From assembly GCA_022706785.1 (NCBI GenBank), contig JAKJBW010000001.1, forward strand, positions 12,373 to 76,372: a DNA stretch of 64,000 bases. Direction: 5' to 3'. This DNA is from Bacillota bacterium. Lineage in GTDB: Bacteria > Bacillota > Clostridia > UBA1381 > UMGS1253. The position numbers and the translations under genes were made by a program. Shown here one piece after another: positions 53,961 to 64,000 of this stretch; the first letter of the stretch is position 1; every line of letters starts with the position of its first letter. The notes below the pieces were generated by a model. The model worked only from the letters and a program-made list of their open reading frames with translations. It searched no databases and was not told the origin of the DNA.

Positions 53961-54254
53961 GTGGAAATCACTGATATCAGGGTCCGCAAAATCAATACAG
54001 AAGGAAAAATGAAGGCAGTCGTTTCGGTTACTTTTGATAATGCAATTGTCGTGCATGATATCAAAATTATTGAAGGCCAAGAAAAATTGTTTATTGCTAT
54101 GCCCAGCCGGAAGACACCTGATGGGGAGTTTAAGGATATTGCCCATCCGATCAATTCGCAGATGAGAGAATACTTAGAGAACGCAATACTCGTTAAGTAT
54201 GAGTCAAGCATGTATGAGGATAGCGAAAGCATCCCAGCCGCTATTAACAAGTAA
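53961..54254 (+). CDS. spoVG: Septation protein SpoVG
   Basis: (V)[61 protein letters not shown] start with SD GGAAGGTGG is preferred over the listed ATG at 53892. Confidence 0.85.
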   Translation: MEITDIRVRKINTEGKMKAVVSVTFDNAIVVHDIKIIEGQEKLFIAMPSRKTPDGEFKDIAHPINSQMREYLENAILVKYESSMYEDSESIPAAINK

Positions 54255-54283
54255 GACGACCGCTGAGCGGTCTCTTTTTTTTC
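54255..54283 (+). terminator. spoVG terminator
   Basis: GACCGC-TGA-GCGGTC followed by a T-run. Confidence 0.8.
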
Positions 54284-54911
54284 TGATGATATAATAAACG
54301 CAATTATGGGTATAAAACCTTTCGGTTTTATTCTTTATGCATTTATTGTATCGGTGTGTAACAAGCCGACTACGGCTTGTATTTATGATATAATCAGGCC
54401 AAAAGGTTTTGCAGGCCGGGGATCCTGTGTCGAAAACGACACCGGATATAATTGAAGCCGGCACTTTTTTTGTTTCAGTTCCTGGCAGGTATCATCGCCT
54501 TTTAAATGAACCCGGCTTGCAGGCTCATATATCGCATTATGTTGACTTTGGTATCATTTATGAACAGAAAAACATAGGAAAATAAATGAAATAAATACAA
54601 TAACCGGTATTATATTGGTTTGTGGTAACTGCACGGCAGTTTTTGAAACTGTAGTACATATATGGCACAAAGTTTATTTCTACCGTTATATTCCTATATT
54701 ATTTTCTTAAGTAGAACACTTATAAAAGGGAAATATCTATTTTACAAGGGTTCATATCCCTTCGGAAAAGAGTCTGTATTTACGGAAAATCACAAATAAA
54801 AAAGGTCTACGGAAACCTCGTAAACCCTTGATATTACTGGCAAAATACATGCATCCGGTTTTTACTATTATTTTTTACATTGCTGTATTCTCTCAGCCAC
54901 ATTCTGACAGA

Positions 54912-57332
54912 CTATTTTCCCAAGCACGGCCCTTCGCTTAACACCCATTCAATCCAACCATTGTCGCCGTCAACACGGATTTTATCGCCGGTTTTTATGA
55001 GCTGTGTTGCGCCTAAAACGCCGACCACCGCAGGTAAACCGTATTCCCTTGTGATGACCGCGCCGTGTGTCATCATGCCGCCGACTTCGGTCACAAGCCC
55101 TGCAATCGAAACAAAAACAGGCGTCCAGCTCGGATCGGTAAATCTTGTAACGAGTATATCGCCCGCCTCAATTAGATCAGCCTCAGACATATCGGTTATA
55201 ACCTTCGCCGTTCCCTCAATGACTCCGCTTGAGACGCCTTGCCCCGCCAGACTGCCTTTTGGCGCATCGATTCTGCGCTTACCCTCAATCACTTCCCCAT
55301 CAGAGAATATCATTCGCGGAGGCGTCAGCGTCTTGTAATGCTCATATTCTTTTCGCAGCCTATCAATTTTCGCAGGATCTACTTTGCCGGCTGCAAAAAG
55401 CTCCCGGAGCTCGTTGAATGTAAGGTAATATATATCGTCCACTGTGCGGATAGCGCCTTTTTCTGCAAGCTTTTCCGCCTCCCGGATCAACGCTTTTTTA
55501 TAAGACCAGTACCTGTTCATCCAAAAATATTTTGGTATTTCACGATACCCGAAGAAATTGCGGTAATATTCCACCTGTTTTTTTAACTTTTTCAGCTTGC
55601 CCCTACCCTGTTTTTGCCCGGCGGCGGCATAAAGCTCGCTAATTGCGGCGCTGCTCTCTTTAAGCCCTTTTTCCCAGATGAGCTCGCCTTGTCCTTTGGG
55701 GAGTTTGATATTTGCCAAAATGGTCGAAACAAGCCCGGCCTGGTCTTCGGCAAAGCGGGGTTTTGTGATATCAATCTCACCGGTTGCACGCATACCGTAT
55801 TTGTTCAGGAAATCGTCAAATAGCGCCGCAATTTCAGCATTGATATTGCAAAGTTCATCCAAGCTAAAACGCGTTTTGCAGTTTTCTAAATAGTTTATAA
55901 CCTCAGGGAAATCACGCATAGCATCGGAAATTCTACTTAAAGAACGCCCCATCTCGCTTGTAACATTATTGGGAATGGATTTGGAAATATCCTTGATAAT
56001 ATCCTCTTTACCAAGCAGTTTTCTGCCCGCTCTGTTTATAAAGTCCGCTACAATAAACGCGGACATAACAAGCGCAATGCCGTCCTTTTGATAAATAACG
56101 CCATTCATAATATTGTTTTTATCGGCTGCAATACAATCCAAAATCTCTACGCCCGATAGTTTGGAAATTTTATCATCAAATTCTTTCAGATTCTTTTCAA
56201 CTGCGCCAACATATCTTTCTACCACGCCAACGCCGTTATTTTTGTACATTTTAATGCCGCCGAGCATATGCCATACCATTCCTTTTGGAAATGTAAAGCT
56301 TGATCTGCCTTTGGGTACGGATTTCAGCCACTTTTTGCGCCTGCGAAGCTGCTGCAATGCGTCGAACATTAAATAATCGGACGACTTGAACTCATATGCG
56401 AATATTCTGCCCATAACAGGCCTTGATATGTCGTGCGTAATTTCCATAAAAGAATGGCCGCCTACGTTGGTGAAACATGCCTGGCTGCTGCCCGAAATCT
56501 CCATCATCTGCAAAAATGAAAAGCCGAGAGGAAGTATGGCGTCCGTCATCATCTGCAAATGCCCGACGGAGATAAAGCACCGCTTGAACCCGTCATGGCT
56601 CGGCGGAGCAGGATAAAGCGTGGTAACCGGACGGGATTGTACAATATAAAACTCGCCATTATCATAGCACCACTCAATATCCTGAGGGCAGCCATATTCT
56701 TTTTCTATCAGCCTGCCGATACGCACTAATTTTTCAACTTGCGCATCGGTTAAAAGCGTCCGTTCGCCGTTGATATTTCCGTCTTTGATCTTATACGTTT
56801 CAGGCGTCTTGCGCCCCGACACCAATGCCTCGCCCAAGCCTTCCACGACTTCAACCACGACGGTAAAGCGGTCGGACGTCATCGGGTCGGCCGTAAACAT
56901 AACCCCGGCATATTTCGCGTTCACCATCTTTTGCACCACAACCGCCATTTTAGGCGAGGAAATATTGTTTTTCTCACGATAGCTGACCGCACGCTCATTG
57001 TAAAGCGAATTGCGGCATTTTTCTATGGCGCTTACAACCGCGTCATATCCGGCTACATTGAGAAAGCTGTCCATCTGCCCCGCAAAGGAAGCGTCAGGCA
57101 GGTCTTCGGCGGTAGCGGAAGACCGGACGGCAAACAGAGTATCAGGCGCAAATTTCGCCAATTCCGCTTTTATTTCCTCCGCCGGGATACGCTCATTTTC
57201 GGTTGTGATAATAAATCCGCCGGGCACGTTAACCCCGTTAATATGAGAAAGCTTAGCCAAACTTGCGCCTTTTCCGCCCGACAGACTGAGATCTTGCGCA
57301 TTAGGATTTGAAAAATCAACTACTTTTGACAT
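54912..57332 (-). CDS. PEP-utilising enzyme: ATP-grasp PPDK_N domain plus a C-terminal swivel His domain (PEP synthase / rifampicin phosphotransferase architecture)
   Basis: N-terminus LSGGKGASLAKL..VPGGFIIT. C-terminus VTEVGGMMTHGAVITREYGLPAVVG. Confidence 0.75.
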   Translation of the reverse strand: MSKVVDFSNPNAQDLSLSGGKGASLAKLSHINGVNVPGGFIITTENERIPAEEIKAELAKFAPDTLFAVRSSATAEDLPDASFAGQMDSFLNVAGYDAVVSAIEKCRNSLYNERAVSYREKNNISSPKMAVVVQKMVNAKYAGVMFTADPMTSDRFTVVVEVVEGLGEALVSGRKTPETYKIKDGNINGERTLLTDAQVEKLVRIGRLIEKEYGCPQDIEWCYDNGEFYIVQSRPVTTLYPAPPSHDGFKRCFISVGHLQMMTDAILPLGFSFLQMMEISGSSQACFTNVGGHSFMEITHDISRPVMGRIFAYEFKSSDYLMFDALQQLRRRKKWLKSVPKGRSSFTFPKGMVWHMLGGIKMYKNNGVGVVERYVGAVEKNLKEFDDKISKLSGVEILDCIAADKNNIMNGVIYQKDGIALVMSAFIVADFINRAGRKLLGKEDIIKDISKSIPNNVTSEMGRSLSRISDAMRDFPEVINYLENCKTRFSLDELCNINAEIAALFDDFLNKYGMRATGEIDITKPRFAEDQAGLVSTILANIKLPKGQGELIWEKGLKESSAAISELYAAAGQKQGRGKLKKLKKQVEYYRNFFGYREIPKYFWMNRYWSYKKALIREAEKLAEKGAIRTVDDIYYLTFNELRELFAAGKVDPAKIDRLRKEYEHYKTLTPPRMIFSDGEVIEGKRRIDAPKGSLAGQGVSSGVIEGTAKVITDMSEADLIEAGDILVTRFTDPSWTPVFVSIAGLVTEVGGMMTHGAVITREYGLPAVVGVLGATQLIKTGDKIRVDGDNGWIEWVLSEGPCLGK

Positions 57333-57406
57333 ATATGCCTCCAATACAAGACAGCAAATAACGTGTTTTATTGAAATCTAATATGCTGCCACGGCCGGCT
57401 TCCGGA

Positions 57407-57970
57407 TTATAGAAACCGCCGGACTCTATTGCAGTAATCCGTATATTTTTCGCCGTATATCTTTTTTAGCGATTCTTCCTCAAGCAGAATTTGCCGGGTG
57501 AAAAGCCATATTCCGATAAAAACATAAATCAAGATTATCCAATTCGGAATGATCAAAAATATGCCTGTCAGAACCAATCCGAATGCCGTATATATTGGGT
57601 TACGGCTGATTGAAAATGCGCCAGTGGTCACAAGCTCTCCGGGGTGCTCTTCATCTAAACCGACACGAAAGCTTTTTCCAAATGAGATCAGAGCATATAT
57701 AAACAGTAAAATACCCATGACACATGCAGCCACGCCTATCCAGCAGATAAATTCATTGTTAAACAATTCAACTCCGATTTCCGGCAGGCCAAACGCGCTT
57801 GCAAATACCATGTAGAATAGCAGTAAGGCAAATGGCGGGATAAAGAAATCCTTCTTATCCATCTGGCCAAATCGGATAGCTTTTATCCCCAGCTTTTTTA
57901 ATTGGAAAGCTCGGAATAAAACAAGAATTACAAGAAAAAGCAAGGTCGCCGCCGCGATATGTCTTGTCAT
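57407..57970 (-). CDS. Isoprenylcysteine carboxyl / phospholipid methyltransferase family membrane protein
   Basis: Multi-TM protein with FSISRNPIYTAFGL..EEESLKKIYGEKYTDY. Confidence 0.7.
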   Translation of the reverse strand: MTRHIAAATLLFLVILVLFRAFQLKKLGIKAIRFGQMDKKDFFIPPFALLLFYMVFASAFGLPEIGVELFNNEFICWIGVAACVMGILLFIYALISFGKSFRVGLDEEHPGELVTTGAFSISRNPIYTAFGLVLTGIFLIIPNWIILIYVFIGIWLFTRQILLEEESLKKIYGEKYTDYCNRVRRFL

Positions 57971-58063
57971 ATCGTTTCCCTCCTCTTTATGATAAAATAA
58001 GCAAACCGCACCGTCATTCACGTTTCGGGGTAATATCATGGGCTGCAGCTTAACGATACGGGA

Positions 58064-58765
58064 TCAAACTTCCTCCGCCATACGGTATCCCACGCCGACC
58101 TCTGTTATGATATATTTCGGCTCGGCAGGGTTCTTTTCAAGTTTTCGGCGTATATTTGCCATATTTACGCGAAGCGTCTGGGTTTCATTCGTATAGGGCC
58201 CCCAAATTTCCCTGATAATGAAATCATGGGTCAGCACTTTCCCGATATGCCTGGCCAGTAACACGATAATCTTATATTCAATCGGGGTAAGGTGCAGTTT
58301 TTTGCCTTCAAGTTGCACGCACCGTTTTTCATAGTCTATGCGCAATTCACCGACTGTTATGCTTCCGGCTTCAGCTCCGCCGGCTTGCGTGTTTTTATTG
58401 CTGTGCCGCAACTCGGTTCTTATTCTGGCAAGCAGTTCCGCGCTTCCGAAAGGTTTGGTAATATAATCGTCCGCGCCAAGGTCAAGCGCTTCGACCTTTT
58501 CTCTCTCATGCCCGCGTGCGGACACCACAACAATAGGGATTGCTGTCCATTTCCGCAGGTTTTTGACTACCTCGATTCCGTCCATATCAGGAAGCCCCAG
58601 ATCCAGCAGAATCAAATCAGGAATGTGTGATGCCGTCAGGGATATGGCTTCGCCGCCTTTTCCTGTTTTGATTACGCTATAATCATTAGCGGTTAAAATG
58701 GCTGAAATAAAGTTGGAGATCCCTTCTTCATCCTCAACAAGTAAGATAAGCGGCTTATTGTCCAT
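58064..58765 (-). CDS. kdpE: Response regulator KdpE (OmpR family)
   Basis: The receiver domain shows LLVEDE..LDLGLPDMDG and is followed by a winged-helix C-terminus. The start overlaps the kdpD end. Confidence 0.85.
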   Translation of the reverse strand: MDNKPLILLVEDEEGISNFISAILTANDYSVIKTGKGGEAISLTASHIPDLILLDLGLPDMDGIEVVKNLRKWTAIPIVVVSARGHEREKVEALDLGADDYITKPFGSAELLARIRTELRHSNKNTQAGGAEAGSITVGELRIDYEKRCVQLEGKKLHLTPIEYKIIVLLARHIGKVLTHDFIIREIWGPYTNETQTLRVNMANIRRKLEKNPAEPKYIITEVGVGYRMAEEV

Positions 58766-61460
58766 CCATGTCACTTCCCTTCAATGGCAGAGCAAAACGG
58801 AAAACAGCGCCTCCCGCAGCTTTATTTTCAGCCTCGATCTTTCCATTGTGCGCTTTTATAATCGACATGCAAATCGACAGCCCGATCCCCATGCCTCTTG
58901 AGGAGTCGGAACTTTTTTTGCTCGGCAAATAGCCTTCAAACAGGTGGGGCAGATCCTCCTTTGCGATCCCCTGTCCGTTGTCTATTACCTCAAATACCGC
59001 AGTATCGCCGCGCTTTTTTACATTGACCTCTATCATGGAATCCTCCGGCGAATGCTGCACCGCGTTTTCCAAAAAGTTGATCAGAACCTGCGTAATCAGG
59101 GTAGCGTCCATTGGAGCCTCCAAAAGCGCAGCAGGCACCCGGACGGAAATCTGTCGCTGGGGAAACCTTTTTCTGATACGGCTGATCGCCTCCGCCACCA
59201 CTTCTTCGGCAGCCTCCATGGTTTTTGACACATTCATCGTGCCCTCATTGATCCGCGTAACCGACAGCAAATTTTCCACCATGCGGATCAGCCACTGTGA
59301 ATCGTCTTTTATTGTGGATGCCAGCTTTCTATTGGTATCCTGATCCATTGATACGCCGTTTTCCAAAAGCACGGAGCTTGCGCCGAGTATTCCCGTAAGC
59401 GGCGTGCGCAAATCGTGCGAAATCGCACGCAGCAGATTACTTCTCATCTTTTCTTTTTCCGACTCCACCAATATCCTGCGCTGCTCGTCGGACAGGAATT
59501 GACGCTCCAGCGCCATGGCCACCTGCGAAACGATCATTTTCAGAAAAGAACGGCTGTTTTGCCCAAGCTTGCCTTTCCTGCATGAAATTCCGATTACGCC
59601 AAGTACTTTCCCCTGTGAGATGACAGGCATATAATACACGCCCGCGCCCATCAGCGTATCCGTACCCGCTCCGGCATACTTTTGATTGGCGAATACCCAG
59701 TGCGCAACAGCCCGTTCATCTTCTTTGTGCATAAAAGCGGTATCCGCATCATGTTCAGCGGCGATCAGTTTGCCCAGCCCGCCGAGCTGGGGATCGGATG
59801 TATAAAAAACAACGGAACGGCCAAACAGGTTTGTCATGTACTGGCCTGTTAAACTGACAATATTATCAAGCCCTCGCGTAGCCAGCAGCCTTTTATTGAT
59901 TTCATATAATACTTCTGTCCTTCGTTCGCGCTCCACCGCAAGCCGTGCCTGTGTTTTGATCCTGACAGTCAGCGCGCTTGTTATCAGCGCCACTAAAAGC
60001 ATAATGACAAAGGTAATGGGATAACCTGCTTTTATAGCGTTAAATGTAAACGAAGGCTCAATAAAAAAGAAATCAAATATCAGCACACTGATAATGGCTG
60101 ATATGACACCATATACATAACCCATGGTGATTCTTGAGACGACCAGAACCGACAGGATATAAACCATAATGATATTCTGATCGCCGATATCCAGTGCGCG
60201 CAGTCCAAAGGACAGCAGCGTCGCCGCCGCAAGCAGACCAAATGCTTTAAAGGTATCCGGCCATGAAACGTACAGGTTTTTGCGCCATAATCTATGTTTT
60301 GTTTTTTCGTATGACCGTTTCGTTAACCTCCCGGGAATAATATGCACTTCCACATTGGGCAACAATGATATCAGTTTATCTTCCAAATCCATTTCAAACA
60401 GGTTTTTCAGCGTCTTTCTGTTTCTGCTCTTGCCGATCACAATATTGGTAATCCCCGAAAGCTTTGCATATTCGGCCACGACGGAAGCGATGTCATAGCC
60501 GTTTAAGGTCACAAGCTCCGCGCCAAGCTTTCCGGCCAATTCCATATTAGCCGCTATGGTTTTCTTTTGCTCATCCCCTAAATAATCGCTTTCAATATTT
60601 TCTACATAAACCGCCGTCCAAGCCACATGAAACGCTTCGGCGCATCTTGCCGTCCACCGTATGCATTTGGCCGCGGACACAGAGGGGCTGATACACACGA
60701 GCAGCTTCATGTTTGCCATTTTGCCGGACATTTTCCGGCCGTTTTGATTTGCGCTGCTGATCCTGTCGGCGGCTTTTCGCATGGCAATTTCCCGGAGCAG
60801 GCGCAAGTTTTCCCTGGTAAAGAAATTATCCATCGCTGTCTGCGCTCTTTCGGGACGGTCGATTTTTCCCGCTTCAAAGCGCTTTAACAGCTCATCCGGC
60901 TCAATATCAATCAATCTTACCTTGTCGGCGTGATCAAAAATGTGATCCGGTACTGTTTCCTGAACAGTCACCTTCGTGATACCCTGTACGACATCATTCA
61001 GGCTTTCGATATGCTGGACATTAATGGTGGTGTATACGTCAATTCCCGCGTTTAATAATTCCTCAACATCCTGGTATCGTTTCTTGTTGCGCACACCGAC
61101 TGCGTTGGAATGCGCAAGCTCATCTACCAGGATCAGCGCAGGCTTCCTTTCAAGCGCGGCATCCAAATCGAATTCCTTCAGCTCTATATTACGGTATGTG
61201 ATATTTTTGGGCGGCAATACAGGCAGTCCGTCAAGCAAATGCAGTGTTTCAGGGCGTGTATGCGGCTCCACGTACCCGACCAATACATCTACACCGTTTT
61301 TCAACTGTTCCTGAGCGTCGTCCAGCATCGCATAGGTTTTGCCCACGCCCGCCGCATATCCGAAAAATATTTTTAATCTCCCTGTTTTGCGCTGCTGCCC
61401 CGCTTTAATATCCTCTAAAATCTTATCCGGGTCAGGCCGCCTGTCCGGCTGTCTCATCAA
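58755..61460 (-). CDS. kdpD: Sensor histidine kinase KdpD
   Basis: KdpD N-terminal P-loop domain (FGYAAGVGKTY), Usp region, four TM segments, H-box SHDLRTPL and an ATPase domain. Confidence 0.9.
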   Translation of the reverse strand: MMRQPDRRPDPDKILEDIKAGQQRKTGRLKIFFGYAAGVGKTYAMLDDAQEQLKNGVDVLVGYVEPHTRPETLHLLDGLPVLPPKNITYRNIELKEFDLDAALERKPALILVDELAHSNAVGVRNKKRYQDVEELLNAGIDVYTTINVQHIESLNDVVQGITKVTVQETVPDHIFDHADKVRLIDIEPDELLKRFEAGKIDRPERAQTAMDNFFTRENLRLLREIAMRKAADRISSANQNGRKMSGKMANMKLLVCISPSVSAAKCIRWTARCAEAFHVAWTAVYVENIESDYLGDEQKKTIAANMELAGKLGAELVTLNGYDIASVVAEYAKLSGITNIVIGKSRNRKTLKNLFEMDLEDKLISLLPNVEVHIIPGRLTKRSYEKTKHRLWRKNLYVSWPDTFKAFGLLAAATLLSFGLRALDIGDQNIIMVYILSVLVVSRITMGYVYGVISAIISVLIFDFFFIEPSFTFNAIKAGYPITFVIMLLVALITSALTVRIKTQARLAVERERRTEVLYEINKRLLATRGLDNIVSLTGQYMTNLFGRSVVFYTSDPQLGGLGKLIAAEHDADTAFMHKEDERAVAHWVFANQKYAGAGTDTLMGAGVYYMPVISQGKVLGVIGISCRKGKLGQNSRSFLKMIVSQVAMALERQFLSDEQRRILVESEKEKMRSNLLRAISHDLRTPLTGILGASSVLLENGVSMDQDTNRKLASTIKDDSQWLIRMVENLLSVTRINEGTMNVSKTMEAAEEVVAEAISRIRKRFPQRQISVRVPAALLEAPMDATLITQVLINFLENAVQHSPEDSMIEVNVKKRGDTAVFEVIDNGQGIAKEDLPHLFEGYLPSKKSSDSSRGMGIGLSICMSIIKAHNGKIEAENKAAGGAVFRFALPLKGSDMDGQ

Positions 61461-61490
61461 AACTCACCACCTGAAATAATTTAATGCCTA

Positions 61491-62060
61491 TTATATCAGT
61501 TTGTCAAGCGCTAAATTTACCTTTAACACATTAACGGCAGGTTCACCGATAAAACCGAGCAGTCTTTGCGTGGTATGCTTGGTTATAATGCTTCTGACTT
61601 GGTCCTCACCCATACCTCTTGCCTTTGCGATCCGCGATACCTGGTACTCTGCCGCCGCAGGAGAAATGCCAGGATCAACGCCGCTGCCGGACGCGGTAAC
61701 CAAATCTATAGGGATTGCCGCCTTGTTTTCAGGGTCAAGGTTATGCCACCACTGGGTACGCTCCCTGACAAGCGCATTTTGTTTCTCGCTCACAGGCGAC
61801 AGGTTTGTAATTCCCGCTGGTCTTCCAATGAGATATTCCGGCTTTGTAAATTGCTGCGCAATCAAGGCGCTGCCATAGTCTTTTTGGGTTCCGTCCTTAA
61901 GTGTTACCGTGATAACGCCGCCGTTTGCCTGATTCGGAAAGAGAAGCTGGGCTGCGCCTGTGATAACCCCGGTATAAACCACACCGCAAAGAATCGTCAT
62001 GATAATAAAACAATAGAGTGCCGGTTTCAATGATTTCAATAATTCTTTCATACCTTTCAC
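61491..62060 (-). CDS. kdpC: K+-transporting ATPase subunit C
   Basis: 189 aa. SGSGVDPGISPAAAEYQVSRIAKARG is typical of KdpC. Confidence 0.9.
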   Translation of the reverse strand: MKGMKELLKSLKPALYCFIIMTILCGVVYTGVITGAAQLLFPNQANGGVITVTLKDGTQKDYGSALIAQQFTKPEYLIGRPAGITNLSPVSEKQNALVRERTQWWHNLDPENKAAIPIDLVTASGSGVDPGISPAAAEYQVSRIAKARGMGEDQVRSIITKHTTQRLLGFIGEPAVNVLKVNLALDKLI

Positions 62061-62061
62061 C

Positions 62062-64000
62062 TCACGAAAGACCGCACGCGGTCAGTAACATATCAATTAA
62101 TTTGATGGCGATAAACGGTGCTATAAGTCCCCCCACACCATAAATCAGAATATTCCTTTTCAGAAGCTTTCCGGCGGGAAGCTCCCGATATTTAACCCCC
62201 TTTAAAGCCAGCGGGATCAGCGCAACGATAATCAGCGCGTTATAGATGACCGCCGACAGGATCGCGCTTTTCGCGCTGGTAAGCCCCATGATGTTGAGCG
62301 CGGTCAGCTGAGGGTAAATACCAAAAAACAATACGGGGATAATGGCGAAATACTTTGCCATATCGTTTGCAACACTGAAGGTGGTAAGCGATCCCCTTGT
62401 CATTAGAAGCTGCTTTCCGATGCGCACGATATCAATGAGCTTGGTCGGGCTGGAATCCAAATCCACCATATTACCCGCCTCTTTTGCGGCCTGTGTCCCG
62501 GAATTCATAGCGACCGCCACATCCGCCTGTGCCAGCGCCGGGGCGTCATTAGTGCCGTCGCCTGTCATGGCTACCAAATGCCCCTTTGCCTGATAGTCAC
62601 GGATCAGCGCCAGCTTTGCTTCGGGTGTGGCCTCTGCCAGAAAGTCATCCACACCGGCTTCCGCAGCGATAGCGGCAGCGGTCATGGGGTTATCTCCGGT
62701 AATCATAATGGTTTTGATACCCATTTTACGCAGATCTTCAAAGCGTTCCTTTACGCCATTTTTTACGATATCCTTTAAATAAATGACGCCGAGCACGGCA
62801 TCGTCTTTCGCTACGACAAGCGGCGTTCCGCCTGCTCCCGCGACACGTTTTACGATCTGCTCACATTCCTCGGGGTATTCGCCGCCCTTCGTCTGCACAT
62901 AAGCTTTTACAGCGTCCGCCGCGCCCTTGCGGATTTCGTGCCCCTGATAATCAATTCCGCTCATTCTTGTCTTTGCTGTGAAAGGCACGAAACTGGCGCT
63001 TAAGCTCCCGAAATCCCGCCCCCGGATACCGAATTTTTCTTTGGCAAGCACAACAATGCTCCTGCCTTCCGCCGTTTCATCGGCAATGGAGGAAAGCTGC
63101 GCCGCGTCCGCTAAATCAGCTTCGGTAACGCCTTTTATCGCAATAAATTCGCTTGCCTGCCTGTTTCCAAGCGTAATCGTTCCCGTTTTATCGAGCAGAA
63201 GCACATCGACATCACCCGCCGCCTCAATGGCGCGGCCGCTCATGGCAAGTACGTTGGCCTGGTTCAAGCGGCTCATGCCCGCAATGCCGATAGAAGAAAG
63301 CAACGCGCCAATCGTTGTCGGCGCAAGGCAGACAAGCAAAGCAATGACATTTGTTATGGAAATGGCAGCCCCGGCCCCCGCTTGTTTGCTTGCAAAGCTT
63401 GAAAAAGGCATTAGCGTCGCCGTCACCACAAGAAAAATGATGGTCAATGTCACAAGCAGAATCTGCAAGGCAATTTCATTTGGCGTCTTTTTTCTGGAAG
63501 CGCCCTCTACCATGGCAATCATTTTGTCAAGAAAGCCTTCACCCGCCTCGGCGGTAATCCGAATGACAAGCCAGTCTGAAACCAGTGTCGTGCCGCCTGT
63601 GACGGCGCTTCTGTCACCGCCCGATTCCCTGATGACAGGCGCTGATTCCCCGGTAATCGCGCTCTCGTCCACCGATGCGGCGCCGAGGGTGACCTCTCCG
63701 TCCATGGGTATCTGTTCACCCGCCTTGACGAAGACGATATCATCTTTTTTGAGCGCGCTTGACAACACTTCGGTATAATCATCCGTGCCAGAAGCGGTTT
63801 TCAATTTCCTTGCCTTTACATCCTTTCTGGCGCTGCGCAGGCTGTCGGCCTGTGCGCGTCCGCGTCCTTCCGCGATAGCTTCCGCAAAATTGGCAAACAG
63901 CACGGTAAACCACAGCATCAATGCGATTGCCAGAATATATCCCGCCGCTTCATCCTTTACGCCTGCAAAAGACAAAAAGTATAAAACGGTTGTGATAAAT
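62062..64000 (-). CDS. kdpB: K+-transporting P-type ATPase subunit B, N-terminus beyond the window edge
   Basis: DKTGTIT phosphorylation site, TGDNP, and [11 protein letters not shown]. The frame stays open upstream of the listed TTG to base 63999. Confidence 0.9.
   Translation of the reverse strand, partial: FITTVLYFLSFAGVKDEAAGYILAIALMLWFTVLFANFAEAIAEGRGRAQADSLRSARKDVKARKLKTASGTDDYTEVLSSALKKDDIVFVKAGEQIPMDGEVTLGAASVDESAITGESAPVIRESGGDRSAVTGGTTLVSDWLVIRITAEAGEGFLDKMIAMVEGASRKKTPNEIALQILLVTLTIIFLVVTATLMPFSSFASKQAGAGAAISITNVIALLVCLAPTTIGALLSSIGIAGMSRLNQANVLAMSGRAIEAAGDVDVLLLDKTGTITLGNRQASEFIAIKGVTEADLADAAQLSSIADETAEGRSIVVLAKEKFGIRGRDFGSLSASFVPFTAKTRMSGIDYQGHEIRKGAADAVKAYVQTKGGEYPEECEQIVKRVAGAGGTPLVVAKDDAVLGVIYLKDIVKNGVKERFEDLRKMGIKTIMITGDNPMTAAAIAAEAGVDDFLAEATPEAKLALIRDYQAKGHLVAMTGDGTNDAPALAQADVAVAMNSGTQAAKEAGNMVDLDSSPTKLIDIVRIGKQLLMTRGSLTTFSVANDMAKYFAIIPVLFFGIYPQLTALNIMGLTSAKSAILSAVIYNALIIVALIPLALKGVKYRELPAGKLLKRNILIYGVGGLIAPFIAIKLIDMLLTACGLS

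Overview
This window looks like a sporulating Clostridia-type chromosome. The left ~25.6 kb is visibly AT-richer and is mobile DNA. The right ~38 kb is GC-richer core genome. All calls come from reading the sequence and ORF track by eye, with no searches; hand-counted motif coordinates may be off by 1-3 nt.

Left part: two related integrative mobilisable elements (relaxase, ParB-like, Xis-HTH, tyrosine integrase) sit at a tRNA-Arg(CCT) locus, apparently nested rather than in simple tandem.
- IME-2 (about 3371-25585) splits a tRNA-Arg(CCT) gene whose 3' half is at 3327-3370 and whose 5' half is at 25586-25626.
- IME-2 carries its own intact tRNA-Arg(CCT).
- Its cargo is a co-directional ~14 kb defence array on the minus strand: HTH-Fic, then a Type I R-M system with a recombinase-driven hsdS shufflon, then a Hachiman-like nuclease plus SF2 helicase pair with a trailing small ORF, then an AAA+/DUF4143-like ATPase.
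- IME-1 (left end outside the window) has a deletion fusing parB to xis.

Right part:
- an orphan glycyl-radical enzyme next to a Cys-type sulfatase
- ispE
- an aldolase/SDR fusion with a PHP protein
- a DeoR / Zn-ADH / E2 / E3 / fused-E1 2-oxoacid dehydrogenase operon
- spore genes (SASP, spmAB, spoVG)
- secG, hflX, yigZ, trxA and murC
- a PEP-utilising (rifampicin phosphotransferase-like) enzyme
- kdpEDCB, with kdpB cut by the window edge
- tRNA-Thr and tRNA-Asp
- several hairpin-rich intergenic repeat families, clustered around trxA

No CRISPR array, rRNA or transposase was seen.
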